Shown here piece by piece: positions 48,311 to 61,654 of a stretch of DNA of 64,000 nt (positions are counted from its first letter, which is position 1; each line of letters opens with the position of its first letter). Where the stretch lies: assembly GCF_018350175.1 (NCBI RefSeq), contig NC_058368.1, positions 42,038,001-42,102,000 on the forward strand. Direction: 5' to 3'. The translations under genes and the position numbers were made by a program. The notes beneath the pieces are model-generated. The model worked only from the letters and a program-made list of their open reading frames with translations, had not been told where the DNA came from and made no database searches. The DNA is from Felis catus (lineage: Eukaryota).

Positions 48311-49744
48311 TGAGTGTATTTTTTTCAAGATAAATTTAGAACAAACAATGAAATTATACATTGAATACAAATTAGTACAATGAAGTTGTTATTTCTAGGA
48401 AAAATGTCCTAAAATAAATACCAGTATAGGTTGCCCAGAATTTTAATATTTCAGTTTACTACTATCATGCAATGCATTGTATTATCATTATATTTTTGTT
48501 AAGTGCACGTAATTCTATTCAAGGCTTACAACTGACCCAATTACTTCCTTCTAGGGATTGCCTTTCCCCCTCCTGCTCATACAAACAATACCACAAATAA
48601 CTCACTGGCTTTGACTCTGAATTTATATAATGGATTATATTTCTTCGTTTCTACAATTAATTGAACAAAGTGTTAGCAATTTAATAATTGCCCTCACGAA
48701 TAACAGTTATATGCTAAGATAGATCAAGCTTTGTGATAAAGACCTGAAACAGTCATTGTCAACTCTCTTGGCGTTGATCACCTTTGGATCCAGAAGAGTT
48801 GACGGAATTAAGAAATCATTTGTTTTCTCAAGACGGTCTATATACATTTGATAGACAAATACATTACAATAAATTAAGAAAGATTTTTCCATTAGGTAAA
48901 ATATTTACAGCCATACATTCTCATTCATTGATGTTGATTCAGTCCATAAAGAATAGAAAGTAACAAAACATATCTGCCCTATTATTTTTTCTTTTAACAA
49001 TACTAAAAATGCTTCACTACACTTCATTACACTCATGGTGCACAGTTTAAAAATCATTTTTTTCTGAATATTTTTGCATACTCAGGAATGTAAGCCATAC
49101 AGAAGGAAAACTTTGAATAGATGCTTAGTTCTGATTAAAGTAAGCTTGTTTATGAAATGAAATTTGAAATCTTCATTTATGGATGAAATAAAATTGCTAT
49201 ACATTCAGGAAAAAATGATAGCTTCAATTTTGTAACATGCCTTCACTATAGTTAAAGCATAAACTGATATTTTACATGTGACAGGCAGTTTAGTTGCCTG
49301 AGGCTAAGCTGATATAAGCCACAAGACTAGACATTTCTTAGGGCTGTTTTCTTTCTGTAACATTTCTGCCTTACATAGATAATTCATGTTTTATTAAGAG
49401 TCTAAATAAAAGCAAATTTAGTTGGATTTATTCTTTCCTTAATGTAAAATGTAAAAGTGAAAAGAAGGTAAGCTTCTGGCACTTAAGAAAACTAAAGCAA
49501 ATGCAAAAGGCAATTGGGAAGAGGGGAGAAGAAGATTTCCAATTTATTTATAAATTATAGTAAATTATTATAATAGAACCAGGAAGAATGATGACAATGG
49601 GAATGATGTCAAGAAAGAACAGGACACTGGGAAGTGTAACTTTTAGCATAGGAAAATAAACTCACATTTCCATTATAATAGATACTGTATTGAAACATAT
49701 TCTAGAGAAACAGTTCTCTGTATACTAATTTAGAAAATGCAGTG

Positions 49745-49928
49745 GCTCCCTGCTGTATAGCAGACCTCTAGGACCTATGCATCTTCTGTGACTAAAACTT
49801 TGTACCCTTTAACTAATATTAGCCCATTCCCCCTTTTTCCCAGTCCCTGGAAACTACCATTCTATTCTCTGGTGCTATGAGTTGGATTATTTTAGATTCC
49901 TCCTCTAGGTGCTATCATGCAGCATTTG
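49745..49928 (-). mobile_element. Old L1 3'UTR segment, antisense
   Basis: AAAACTTTGTACCCTTT..CCCTGG..TACCATTCTATTCTCTG..CTATGAGTT..TTTTAGATTCC..ATCATGCAGCATTTG matches antisense L1MA-type 3'UTR. Confidence 0.88.
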
Positions 49929-50074
49929 CTGATGACGGATATGTTTATGGTATAGGTTACGGTGATGGTTTCACGGGTGCATACTTATCTTTAAGCTCAT
50001 CAAGTTGCATACATAAAATATATGCAGCTTTTTGTATGTCAATCATGCCTCAATAGAGTGGTTTAAAAAAAGAA
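49929..50074 (+). mobile_element. Old L1 extreme 3' end, sense
   Basis: GGATATGTTTAT..GGTGATGGTTTCACGGGTG..CTCATCAAGTTG..GTCAATCATGCCTCAATAGAG followed by an A tail. Confidence 0.88.
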
Positions 50075-50135
50075 AGAAAATGCAAGTGACATGAAGCACC
50101 TAATCTGCTCATTTTTGTTCTATTTAGAGTGTCTT

Positions 50136-50323
50136 TTTTTTTTATTATTTTTTAATGTTTCTTTTGAAAGAGGGATAGAGACAGAGCACAAGCGGCGGAG
50201 GGGCAAGCCCCAGGTTCTGAGCTGTCAGCACCGAGCCCGATGAGGGGCTTGAACCCACAAACCATGAGATCATGACCTGAGCTGAAGCCAGACGCTCAAC
50301 CAACTGAGCCACCCAGGCGCCCC
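50136..50323 (-). mobile_element. CAN-SINE with internal deletion
   Basis: TSD TAGAG(T/G)GTCTT at 50125-50135 and 50324-50334. Confidence 0.93.
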
Positions 50324-50430
50324 TAGAGGGTCTTAAAATATTCTTTTCATTTGGGTATATATTATATTGGTATTGAAATATTAGTGCACTGAAGCCTATT
50401 GCCAATACTTGACACTTTACCATTATTTTA

Positions 50431-50642
50431 AAATTTTTTTTTTCAATGTTTATTTATTTTTTGGGACAGAGAGAGAGCATGAATGGGGGAGGGGCAGAGA
50501 GAGAGGGAGACACAGAATCGGAAACAGGCTCCAGGCTCTGAGCCATCAGCCCAGAGACGACGCGGGGCTCGAACTCACGGACCATGAGATCGTGACCTGG
50601 CTGAAGTCGGACACTTAACCGACTGCGCCACCCAGGCGCCCC
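50431..50642 (-). mobile_element. CAN-SINE, young SINEC_Fc-type
   Basis: Perfect 17-bp TSD ACTTTACCATTATTTTA at 50414-50430 and 50643-50659. Confidence 0.97.
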
Positions 50643-52029
50643 ACTTTACCATTATTTTATAGTTTATAGCAATTTGTGTTCATGAATGCTAACATATTAA
50701 AATTTAGTTAAATTTGTAAATTTTATTTTATAACTTTTAATATCCCTTTCAACCTGAAACTATAAAATATACACCTTTTCTCTAATCAAAAAACAGTTAT
50801 TCCAGAAATGCTTACAAAGGGTTAAATTTATAGTGATCTTTTATATGATATTTTATGAAATAGATAACTCAGTTCTTTCTATTCATGAAAATATATAAGG
50901 TTTCTTGGGATGATTTTACATCCTAGGAATATTATACATAACACATGTGCATACAAGGACATCATTTTCTAAAATGAAGAACAAAGGCAAAATATGTGGC
51001 ATAAAATCTGCTGCTATTGTAATAATGTTTATAGGAGACATGGGAAAGATTGTTCTCCATGCTGGCATTAATCAAATTTGTATGCTAGCACATTTCTCCA
51101 AGCTTAACTATATGTTGATTCAACATGTTTGTTGCTTATGTTGACTTCCTCCTAAATTATACAGTTAGCTAGAGGAAAACAACAAATCGCCCAGTCCCCC
51201 ATCACACCTAAATAAAGTTCACCTCATCTATCTTAGAAGGAGAAGCTTGAAAGTGCCTGTGAATTGGTGTCATGTATGGCATTTTTCATCAATAAATTCA
51301 TATCCCATATATATTAAAACTTGGCAAACAAGCCTCTTTTGTATGTGAAAATATATTATAGAAAGAAATAAAAACTAATATGCAGTTTCACTCTTCTCTA
51401 CCCAAAGACAGAAATACAGAATTACATGAGAAGCACATATACTAACAAAGGAGAAAATAATATATCATAAGATAGGATGACAATTTAAAACTTAACCGAG
51501 GATTTAATTCCATAAACCATATAAATAATCATAAACATAAGGGGGCTATAAAAAACTTGATTCTACTCATAATAAATATATTCAATTGTTCATTATTTAA
51601 AAGTCCTTCATCTCATGGCTACTTTTTCTTGGCCCTGTAGGCATCTGACTTTAGACAATTTCCTTTGAAGTTATTCATCAGCTATTGATCACAACCCAAG
51701 TGTCTGTAATGAAATACTTTGATTAGGGAAGAATAAAAAGCACACTTGGGGCCAAAAGACAGCTAACATTATGTAAATGAAGAGTTATTAATTATAGTTG
51801 AGCCAAAACATGAAGAGTAGAGTGTGTATTTGAACGGGAGAAAATACTCTTTAGAAGAAATAATTTAACTTAGAAATGCTTAGAAACCTGGGAGTTAAAG
51901 CAAGACCATGAAACTCTGGCATCATCATTGCCAACTTCAAGAACACCCTCAGGTGTTTTGGGTTATGTTTGGTGACAGAGATACAAAGATACTGAGTTAG
52001 ATTCAAAGACTCTTTCTTCAAAGTTCTTA

Positions 52030-52295
52030 TGACTCAGTCTAATGTTGGTCCAAATTCATACTCTTATCACTTACTAGGTGCACAAATTTGGACAAATTCA
52101 TTAACCTCTTAACCTCTTTCTTTTTCTAGAAAAATAAACTATTTCTTTAATAATACAGAGTAAAGAAACACTTTGATCCCATGTTTTTGTGTTTCGTTTG
52201 TTTTGTTTTGTTTTTAGTTAGGATTGTATCAACTGAGATGTGTAAAGTGATTCCTGACATATGTGGTAAATATTACATGCTTGACAAACATGAAA
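52030..52295 (+). mobile_element. MIR (degraded)
   Basis: CACTTACTAGGTG..TTGGACAAATTCATTAACCTCT; ATGTGTAAAGTG..CCTGACATA. Confidence 0.6.
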
Positions 52296-55200
52296 ACACT
52301 GGTAACTGCTGGAGGGGTAGTGTCAGTAATATTTATGAGTTAATAACAAAAACATATCTATATATCCAAGACATAATGCAAATGCCAAGTGCCAAACGAT
52401 GTGTTAGACAGTAGAAATATCAGAGGTTGTGACTGATAAGCTAAGGCTGGAAGGCTATGAAAGATAAGAGGCCAGCCATTACTTTTTTTCTTTATCCTGT
52501 TAAACCTCTGGAAACCAGAATTGAGACAGTTAAGAAGCAAGGAATTTAGTTGTCAGGGCCAGGACTAAACATAGTCAGTTATCAAATGGCTCACAGGTGC
52601 TGCCCATCAAGCCAAGACAATGGGTTGTTGGTTGACATCTAGCTCAGTCATAAAGTCTCTCATATTTTGGTGTTAGGTGGGCATCAGTCCACAGATGTTG
52701 GGCTCAGCATTCTAAGACTCTAAGAAAACAGATGTAAGACCTACGGCTATGGTCAAAGCTTTGAGCCAAAGGTAAGCTCAAATCTGACTAAGTAATCTTG
52801 CAAACTAGTGTGTGCTAAGGTTCCTTTAAAGTTTTTCCCCCAGCAAATATTTTAATTTTAGTAACCCTCCCCATTACCCTAAGAGGTATGGAATATACCA
52901 TTGATGTGAAAGAGGTGAACTTAGCATGATCATACTTGGTCCTCAACCAAAGCATATAGCTATAACAGAGTCTCAGAAGCTAAGTAGTAGCCATTTAAGA
53001 AAGGCTCAGGTTGATAATTTCAACTTCTTTTTGCCATTTCCAACATACAGAACATCTTTGACTTGGTTTCTTACTCTAAATATTTGTGCTGTTGACTTAT
53101 TTCACAGTGCAGAATGAGGAGATACAATGATGATGAGGCATTTAGGAAAAATAAGGGTTAGATCCCAAAAGCAGCATATAAAGCCACTTGGGAAGCTACA
53201 GTAACCCTCACGTCCTGGCAATTTAAAATGAACTTGCCTTAGCTTAGGCAGCACTTAATTCTCTCTACACTTAAAGGGAATGCTCATCACATTTATTTGC
53301 TAGGACCGATCAGCATAGGGATAAATGAGATTACATAGGCCCTCTTACTAAACTCAGATAATAAACATTAATTAATTAACTCATCAATGAAAATAACCCA
53401 CAGAGATTATCAAGATTTTAAGGATGACAAATTAGTAACAATGGAAAAGAAACATGTTCCTCTCTTTGCTCAGGTCACTCATTTGATTGAATGCAAGGGG
53501 GTGTTTGGCAGGATTTTATCTAATCACCATCAATTAACATTTATTGAATGCTTCATGAATATATCACTCTGTATTGAATTGCCAAGCAATGTAATAATGA
53601 TTTACTAGTTAAAATATTTATATGATTTAATACGCTTTCCTTGATATGCCATGATAAGCACCTCTTTCTTGTTCTTCCTGGAAAATTACTCTGCTTATTT
53701 ATTAACTTCTTGTTGTTATACCAATTTCTTGATGCCAATCTTCACACCAATTGACAGAATTTTCTTATCTTTTGATTCTGTGTTTCCTTCTTGATTTTCA
53801 AGGAAATGTTCAAATTAAACACAGGGAAACCCCTTTATTTTTAATTCTTCTTTTAAACTTAGAAGTGTATGTGGTGATTCAGTTCAATATATTTTTTTCT
53901 TTTTGTCTGGTCTGGTTTGAAACAGCTAGGCAACAACTGTACTTCTGGGTGGTGTTCCATAAGACACTATTTCCTCAGGCATAATATATTGGTTTTAGAA
54001 AAATTAACAGCCATGGAAAACTATAGGCTGATACTCACATGTCTCTTAATGACAAGTGAAATCGATATTCCAGTTTGCCATATAAGAAAGGACCGTGAAC
54101 ATACACTATCACAGAATCATTTTCCACCTCAAAAAGATACAGATCTATTGAAAATACATGCCTTCCTCAGTATAAGTTTGTGACCCAAATAATGGACACT
54201 GCTTTCAGCGATAGGAGAATCAAATTTGCAATTAAACCCAAGACCCTGTAGCTCAAAAGTAGAGTGTTGATAAAACAATCCTTGGCTTCAAAAATAACAC
54301 CCAAGAGCAAAATCCATGACATTCTGCTGCTGTTTCGATAGAGATCACTCATTCTGCCCCCAACCAAATTTTCAGAGGTTTGGTTTTAGGGAGATGATTA
54401 TACCACCCAAAAGTGTCATAGTAGTTATGGTGTGCTCTGATATATCTTTGGGAAACATACCATTTCTAAGTAAGCCCTTGGTTCAGGGACAAGATCAGAA
54501 TTGAGATTGAAAGCTTTAGCCATAAGATAGTCTTCAGGCTTTTTCATTTGTAGGATATAGTGAGATGTGCTGGTAGAAAACACGACTTGACAACTGATTT
54601 ACTGCACAACTTCCTGGAAGGAGGTTTTTCCAATCCACTGGAAAAATAACATAATATTTTCTATACCGCTGTTATTAACATTTACAGACTTAGGGAATCA
54701 TGGCACTGTGAAGGACAGCAAGTGACTACACATTTAAACTGATTATCTTACTCTAAAAATAAACTATATTCATGAGTATATTTTATACTATTTTAAAATA
54801 TGTTTCCTAGTCTCCACAATAATTAAATGCAACTCTATCAAAGAAAAGAAGTATTTAGCATTCAGAAACACTTATCTTATCATTCAGAAACACTTCTGTT
54901 TCCAGTTTCAGTTTACCTAGGACAGGATACATGGTATCTTGTGATTTTTTTCTAAAGCCAAATTTCAAGTCCCCTTCTCTAAGTAAGCACATGAGCTAAC
55001 AGATAGCAGAGAACAGAGCTTGATTAGTAATCTACCCATAGGTGGCTTTATGAGCAAAACAAAACAAAACAAAACAAAGAAGCAAACATCAATTCCTTCT
55101 CTGGTGCCTGGAAATTTCACTGTCAAATACATTGTTTTGAGTCAAGACATTGGCCTTTGAATGTTGATGTTAAAATGAATATGTTTGCAACATGAGAATA

Positions 55201-56229
55201 ATATGTTAAAAGTAACTGCCAATGACTAATTCAATTTGTATTCTAGCAAAAAGCCCCAGTGCTGTGATACAGAACATGCATGTTTTGATGGGATGATAGA
55301 AGATGTACAAGAGGGAATATATTATTGACAGAGTCACGGCAGAGGCAAATTTGAGATCTCCCCTCATCTAAGGAGACATATGTATTTTAGAAGAAGGATG
55401 TAGTAGTCAAGGTAACAGGATGTCAAAGAAAAATATTAGTGTCTTTGTTATATTTTCTAAGGCTAATTCTGACCAACGATTTGGGCTGAGACAATTAATC
55501 ATTCAATACACGTGTGCATACCTGTATATATAAATAAGTGAAATATTTAAATACTGTCAGAAAATGAAATATCAAATCATTTAAATACTGTCAGAAAAGA
55601 AAGTATCTTCTTATGTAAAGTAAATAAAATTTACCACAGTGATTTAAAAACATTAATGGATTTCCCTGTGTTTTTAAAATCTGTGGGTTAAAATTACCCA
55701 ATGGTCGGCCATTAAGACATGTTTAATAAATGCAATCATCAATTGATTGGGCATTATATGAATTTATTATACAGTCTGGGATGAGATTTGTGACATTAAG
55801 TCTGTACTATTCAACATATAACTGGAACTAGAATACTTTTTTTTTCTTACTGAAAATTAATACATAACTTTCTTTGCACATGATATGAGAATGTTTTATA
55901 TCTTCTATTATTTATTGCTCTGGTGCAGCAATTGACTGAATTTGATTTCACTTCTAGCTCTAGGAGAAAACAGAATGCACTGTATTATTCTGGTACCATA
56001 AACAATAATACCTAACCATCCACTTTTTAAAGAGAAAAGCATATATGATGACAAGACAGCAATGCCCTTTGCTTTGTATAACATTTGCTTTTACTGTAAA
56101 AGATGTATGTTTTTTTGACTTGGCAGCCTTTATACCTCTTTTGAAACACTTAAAGCTTGCTATTATCTGTATTTTAGTAGCTCTATTTCAGGAAGTGGCT
56201 ATCTACAGAAATGTTAATACAAGCATGAA

Positions 56230-56716
56230 TGTATTAGTTGTCTCTTGCTGCTGTAACAAATTACCACAAATCTAGTGGCTTAAAACAAGCCAGGTTTATT
56301 ATCTTACTTCTATAGGTTGGGAGTCTGATTCAGTTCTTATTGGGCTAATATCAAGGCAATTCAGGGCTACATTCCTCTTCAGGCTATGTTTCCTTGCCTT
56401 TTCCATTTTCTAAAGCCTGCTTGAATTTCTTGGCTCATGACTCTCCATCTTCAAAGCCAGCAATGTTACATGTCTCTGACCATTCTTCCCTGGTCACATC
56501 TTCCTCCAACTCTCCTATTCTTCTCTTTTCCACTTTTAGAGACCTACTGATTGCAATGGGAATACCCTGGTAATCTAAAATAATCTCCTTATCTCAAATT
56601 ATTTAATTTATTCACATGTCAAAGTTCATTTTGCCATGTAAGGTGACACGGTCACAGATTCTGGGGATTAGGATATGGAGTTTTGGGGGAAGGGAGCATT
56701 GTTTGCCTCCTGTACA
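56230..56716 (-). mobile_element. MaLR solo LTR, MLT1D-like
   Basis: TGTATTAGTT..GCTGCTGTAACAAATTACCACAAA..GTGGCTTAAAACA; TTTTGCCATGTAAGGTGACA..TCACAGATTCTGGGGATTAGGA. Confidence 0.9.
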
Positions 56717-58520
56717 AATAAAAATATAAAATATTATTTAAATTCACATTAAATTGAAAACTACATAGAATTAACTAGTTAACATAGAGTTAACTAAGAA
56801 AATTCCGATACACACATGCAATGCAACATTACACACCTGTTACAAAGAAAAAGATAGCCACACATATAGTGGAAGAGAATATGATAACAATATTAAAAAT
56901 GTTAAATACAAAAAGCAAAGTGTTCTCCAGTATGTTTGTTAACACAATTGAATTTGTGGGTTCAGCTCCACTATGTTCAGATCCAAGTCTATATATTGAC
57001 TTCTTATAGGAACGAATTTATATGTATTGAGGAAGAAGAAAATTGTAAAATAAGGTAAACTGAATTGCAGCAACCAGCATATTATAACTTATTTTATTAA
57101 AGGTCATATGGAGACTGTGATGTTCAGAGTATTCTATTTTTCAGGCCCTATTTTTGAGCATTGTGGAGTCCCAAAAATAAAGAACAAATTCAGTAGTATG
57201 TTACTTTAAAAGAAGTGTTATTTAACGTTCGTGTCTTACACATGAAAGATTATAAACCCCAAGACTGGTAGACACTGGGTTATGTCAGTAATTTTGGAAA
57301 TAATGAAAACTGGAGTTAAAATTACATTTGAAATATGTTCATTCCTTACCACCAATTACTTATCCCTCTTAAAACCCACGGTCACATTATTGGAATCATT
57401 TATACTCTTAGCCTTGAGCTTTTTGGAGCCTGCTCTATGCTCAGTGTTTCAAGGAACATCTGCTGCAATAGTTTCACTTGATTTTTTAGCCCTTGTTGGC
57501 TTCTGCTCTGGACAGCAAGCATACTGCTGAGATTTTATTCAAACTCACAAACAGCAACTTCACTTCTATTTTATGTCTCTGCTTCCCAATTCCCAGGTTT
57601 ATGACATTGCATGATCCCTTTCCAGCTCATGAAGTTTGTTTTTTTTTCCCCCCTCTCTCTTTCATTATGTTCCTCCTTCATGGGTTATAGAGCAAGAGTA
57701 CAACTTAGTAGTTAATCTGAATTTTTAATAGTTATATAAATAGATATTTGGAAAACTGAAAGGGGACATTTCATTTGCATTTGTTGAAATTCTGAACTAA
57801 TTTAAAACTAAATCAAGGTTTAAACTAAATCGCTAAAACTAAATCAAGGTCATTTTCATATTTTATTATCTCCAGGACTATTTGTCTTTTGACTTTATCA
57901 GAGGCATTAAGTAGTTAAAATTATCATAGAATGCATTTGTTAGATCGCAGTGAATGAAAACAATATAAGGTTTTTATTCCATAAAAATGATAGTCAAGAG
58001 AAATGGAATGAAACAAAACATAACAAAACAAAAAAATCAGCATTTTTCATTTTGCACTCAGCTTAAATATGATAGATAGGGTCATGTTAATGCTTGTTAA
58101 AATACAAGTCTGAAATTAGAGTTCTGATTTTCCTTAAAATAGCCTTCACACAAATATGATGATTTTCATTTATTTAATGTGAAAATAAATATTATAATGG
58201 ACACAAGGAAATGAAAAACGAATACAGAAGAATTTCCTATTAAAATTTTAAAATAAGATTTCCTTTTAGGAGGAATATGGACACTGCCACACTTTGAAGA
58301 CAAATCATTTAGATAATCTTGTCAGTTCTATACTAGCAATCTTATCTTCAGATGACTCCAATTTTTTTTCCTATTGCTATTAGTTTTGAAGATAGAATTG
58401 TGGAACTATTGATGTTGCATAGAGATCACATATTTTCTAGTACATTGTAACAAAATTGAAGCCTTTGGATTGGCTTTTTCTACATAAGCTAGAAAGGCAC
58501 GTATTATATTAAATCTATGA

Positions 58521-58651
58521 GAGATGCCTGGGTGGCTCAGTCAGTTCAGCGGCTGACTGCAGCTCAGGTCATTATCTCACAGTTCCTGAGTTCAAGCCCG
58601 GCATCAGGCTCTGTGCCGACTGACAGCTCAGAGCCTGGAGCCTGCTTCGGA

Positions 58652-58702
<51 letters not shown>

Positions 58703-58773
58703 ATTCTCTCTCTGCCCCTCCCCCACTTGCTCTCTGTCTCTCAAAAAAAATGAATAAATGTTTAAAAAAAAAA

Positions 58774-58774
<1 letters not shown>
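58521..58774 (+). mobile_element. CAN-SINE with internal (TG)23 expansion
   Basis: Head GCCTGGGTGGCTCAG; (TG) 58655-58700; AATAAA/A tail. Confidence 0.95.

Positions 58775-58827
<53 letters not shown>
58775..58827. repeat. Compound (TA)n(CA)17(TA)n microsatellite in the SINE tail
   Basis: Seen directly; CA run 58785-58818. Confidence 0.96.
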
Positions 58828-60744
58828 GCAAAGAGCAAATGGTCAAATTCAGGCTTCAATGTCAAATTCTAAATACTTAAATCCAGTTTAGTTGAGAAAG
58901 TACTTGCAAAAGTAAGAGGCCAATTAAAATATCAGATTACCCAAACCTTGAGCTCCGATTTTGTTTGCTGAGCTCTTGGCTGCTTGTTGTCAGTGAATGT
59001 GTTAGTAGTCCAACATCAGTATGTTTCCAAATTGCACATCGGAATTTTAGACAGAATGAGCTAGTGTTGGGTTTTTTTGTTTATCTGTTTGTTTTGGAGG
59101 TAGGTGGGGGACGAACTGTTTACTCTTGAAAAACCTGACAGTAGAGTTTTTTGGGTTCAAAAAGGAAGCTTGGTCTTGAAATAAGGTGACCTTACCAAGA
59201 TATTCTCAAAAAAAACAAAACAAAGCAAAAACAAAAACAAGATAGAAGCAAGCAACAACAAAAACAAAAAGACACTAGAAAAAAATGTCCTTGCCTATTT
59301 TTAAATTATATATTTTACAATAAATGTTTGTGTTGTGTGCTTCATGTCATTGCCATATTGCTTTGAATAAAAATGGTGGCTCTCTTAGATTAAAAAAAAA
59401 GAAATAAAAACTAAACTGTAAGTCATTAAACTTTATCCAACTTTCTTTGGAAATTTTCTGGCCATTTTAATACTATAAGCATTATGCCTCCTTTAATTCT
59501 AGTGTTTACTAAATCTGATTATCATTTTCCCAAGATATTCTTTTTCTATAAAATCATTCTTTAAAATAAAGGAACTGGCTTTAAATAAATCAAATACACA
59601 GAAAGTCAGATGTATAAAAAACTTGAGTCATATTTATTTTTGAGAAGAAAAATTCTTCTGCGAAAACATTTCAAGTCAAAACTAATTGAAAGATCTAAGA
59701 CATGAAGTGTATTCATGTATGTGTGTTTCTATGTGTGTGTGTAGGCAGGTGTGTGTGTCAGTGAAAAACAGATACTGCTACTTGATTTATAGTGTTTTGA
59801 GCACACTCATAATAATGTACAAAATAATAGAGTCTGGCTTGTAAAGGAAAATATATAAACTATTCACAAATAGTGGATATCATTCTAGCTGTTTAACAAA
59901 ATCTTATTACATAATCTCAGGGGTCATATTTCAGTGTAATACTTTTTGTTTTTCAATGAGCAGGGACTTCCTGGGAATTGAAACCTCTATTTGGTTCTTT
60001 TACCTTTTCTCTAATGTAGGAAGGCAAGTGACATTCCTGAGTGAAAAAGACAACCCATAGGCCACTTTTCCAAGAAGTTATTTTGACAATATATTCACCC
60101 AAAATATATTTTCTGGGATATTTACCTCTAGAAATTATTCCCATTGCAAATATAAAGGTGTTCTGCTAACCTAAGTAGACTATACCTCATTCATCAAACA
60201 ATAAAATTATATTAAATTTTATGGGAGAATATGAGTTCCTCTCTGGAATTTTGAAGATTTCATCACAGTCTACACTGTCTAATCAAATAGAACAGAAACA
60301 ATGTGCTACATGAAAATTTAACTAAATAGACATAAATTAAATAACATATTAAAATTATATATCTTAGCCTTTTTTTGGAATGTTTCTAGTGAGTGAGAAA
60401 AAAGTGAGGCAAGATGTTAATAAAAGTATTACCATGAAGAGCTTCAAATATAAAACCCTACTTATGCATGGTGAGGCAAATTACAACTTAGACTAACATT
60501 TTGCATCACGAGAAATGTTTTATAGTCAGGAGCAGTAAAAATTAACTTTTAAAAACTGGATTTAATTTCAGTGGGTTACCACTAGAAAAAAAAAAAGCTC
60601 AGATGATTTGTTTTATGCTGCCCTAAACATTATATGCTTCTTTAGCATGAATAATCTAGACACACTTGGACCATTCAAATTTCAGAAAGAAATGCTAAAG
60701 ATCAAAAATAAATGAATGAGGGGCATTTGTGTTTCCAATAGGAG

Positions 60745-60950
60745 ATATATACACATACACACAGATGTGTGTATATATATATATATATATACACACACAC
60801 ATATATATATACACACATACACACACATATATACACGTAGAAATATATGTATATATTCATATATGAAATATATAAAGGTGTATATATGAAATATATATAT
60901 ATGCATATATATGAATATACAAAATAAATAGATGGAGAGAGAGAGAGAAA
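60745..60950. repeat. Compound (TA)/(CA)/(GA) low-complexity repeat
   Basis: Seen directly; explains the long spurious ORFs at 60682-61068. Confidence 0.92.
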
Positions 60951-61437
60951 AGTCAGATGTACACAAGCAGCCAGAGACAGAAATCTTACCAGTGCTCCCT
61001 CTTGGCATTTCCTTCCCTTTGTCCTTTCCATTCCCTGCTCCATTTAAACCTCTCTGTCTCTCTCCCAATAATGTACATTACCTTGCATTAGCAAGGTAAA
61101 GCATTAGCACCACCGGGAAAGAAGAACAGCAGGAATAAAGAAGAATTAAAAAAAAAAAGGTTTTTGTTTTATTTCGTGAGTACAAACATGAGATCTGGAG
61201 CAAAAAAAAAAAAAAAAAAAAAGTGACCCAACTGTCATTCTTTCCCTGTAGCTGTGTGAATGCAAGTTCTTTACTTAAAGCCTCTGAGCTTCTGTTTCCT
61301 TATCATTAGGCAGAGCTGTAACGGAGGTGAGAGATGGAATGTATTAGTTGCATATTTAATGTGCCCATTTTAATGATGGTAGTTATGTTTCCATGCTCTA
61401 ACCAATGGGTTCTGTCTCAGTATAAAAGATAAAATGT

Positions 61438-61654
61438 GGGGTGCCTGGGTAGCTCAGTTGGTTAAGTGTAGGACTTCAGCTCAGGTCATGATCTCGTGGT
61501 TTGTGGGTTCAAGCCCTGCATAGGGCTCTGGGCTGACAGCTTGGAGCCTGGAGCTTGCTTCAGATTACGTGTCTCCCTCTCTCTGCCCCTTTCCTGCTTA
61601 TGCTCTCTCTTTCAAAAATAAATAAACATTAAAAAAATTTTTAATTGAATAAAA
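61438..61654 (+). mobile_element. CAN-SINE
   Basis: TSD AAAAGATAAAATG at 61424-61436 and 61655-61667. Confidence 0.96.

Noticed and set aside
48707..48892. Minus-strand peptide DRLEKTNDFLIPSTLLDPKV... looks protein-like
   Set aside because: Weak acceptor, no convincing donor and no recognised homolog; not called as CDS
57795..57850. Short repeat array as CRISPR-like
   Set aside because: Eukaryotic context, no unique spacers and no cas genes; a simple minisatellite
60682..61068. Longest ORF in the track (128 aa)
   Set aside because: Stop-free only because it crosses TA/CA low-complexity repeats
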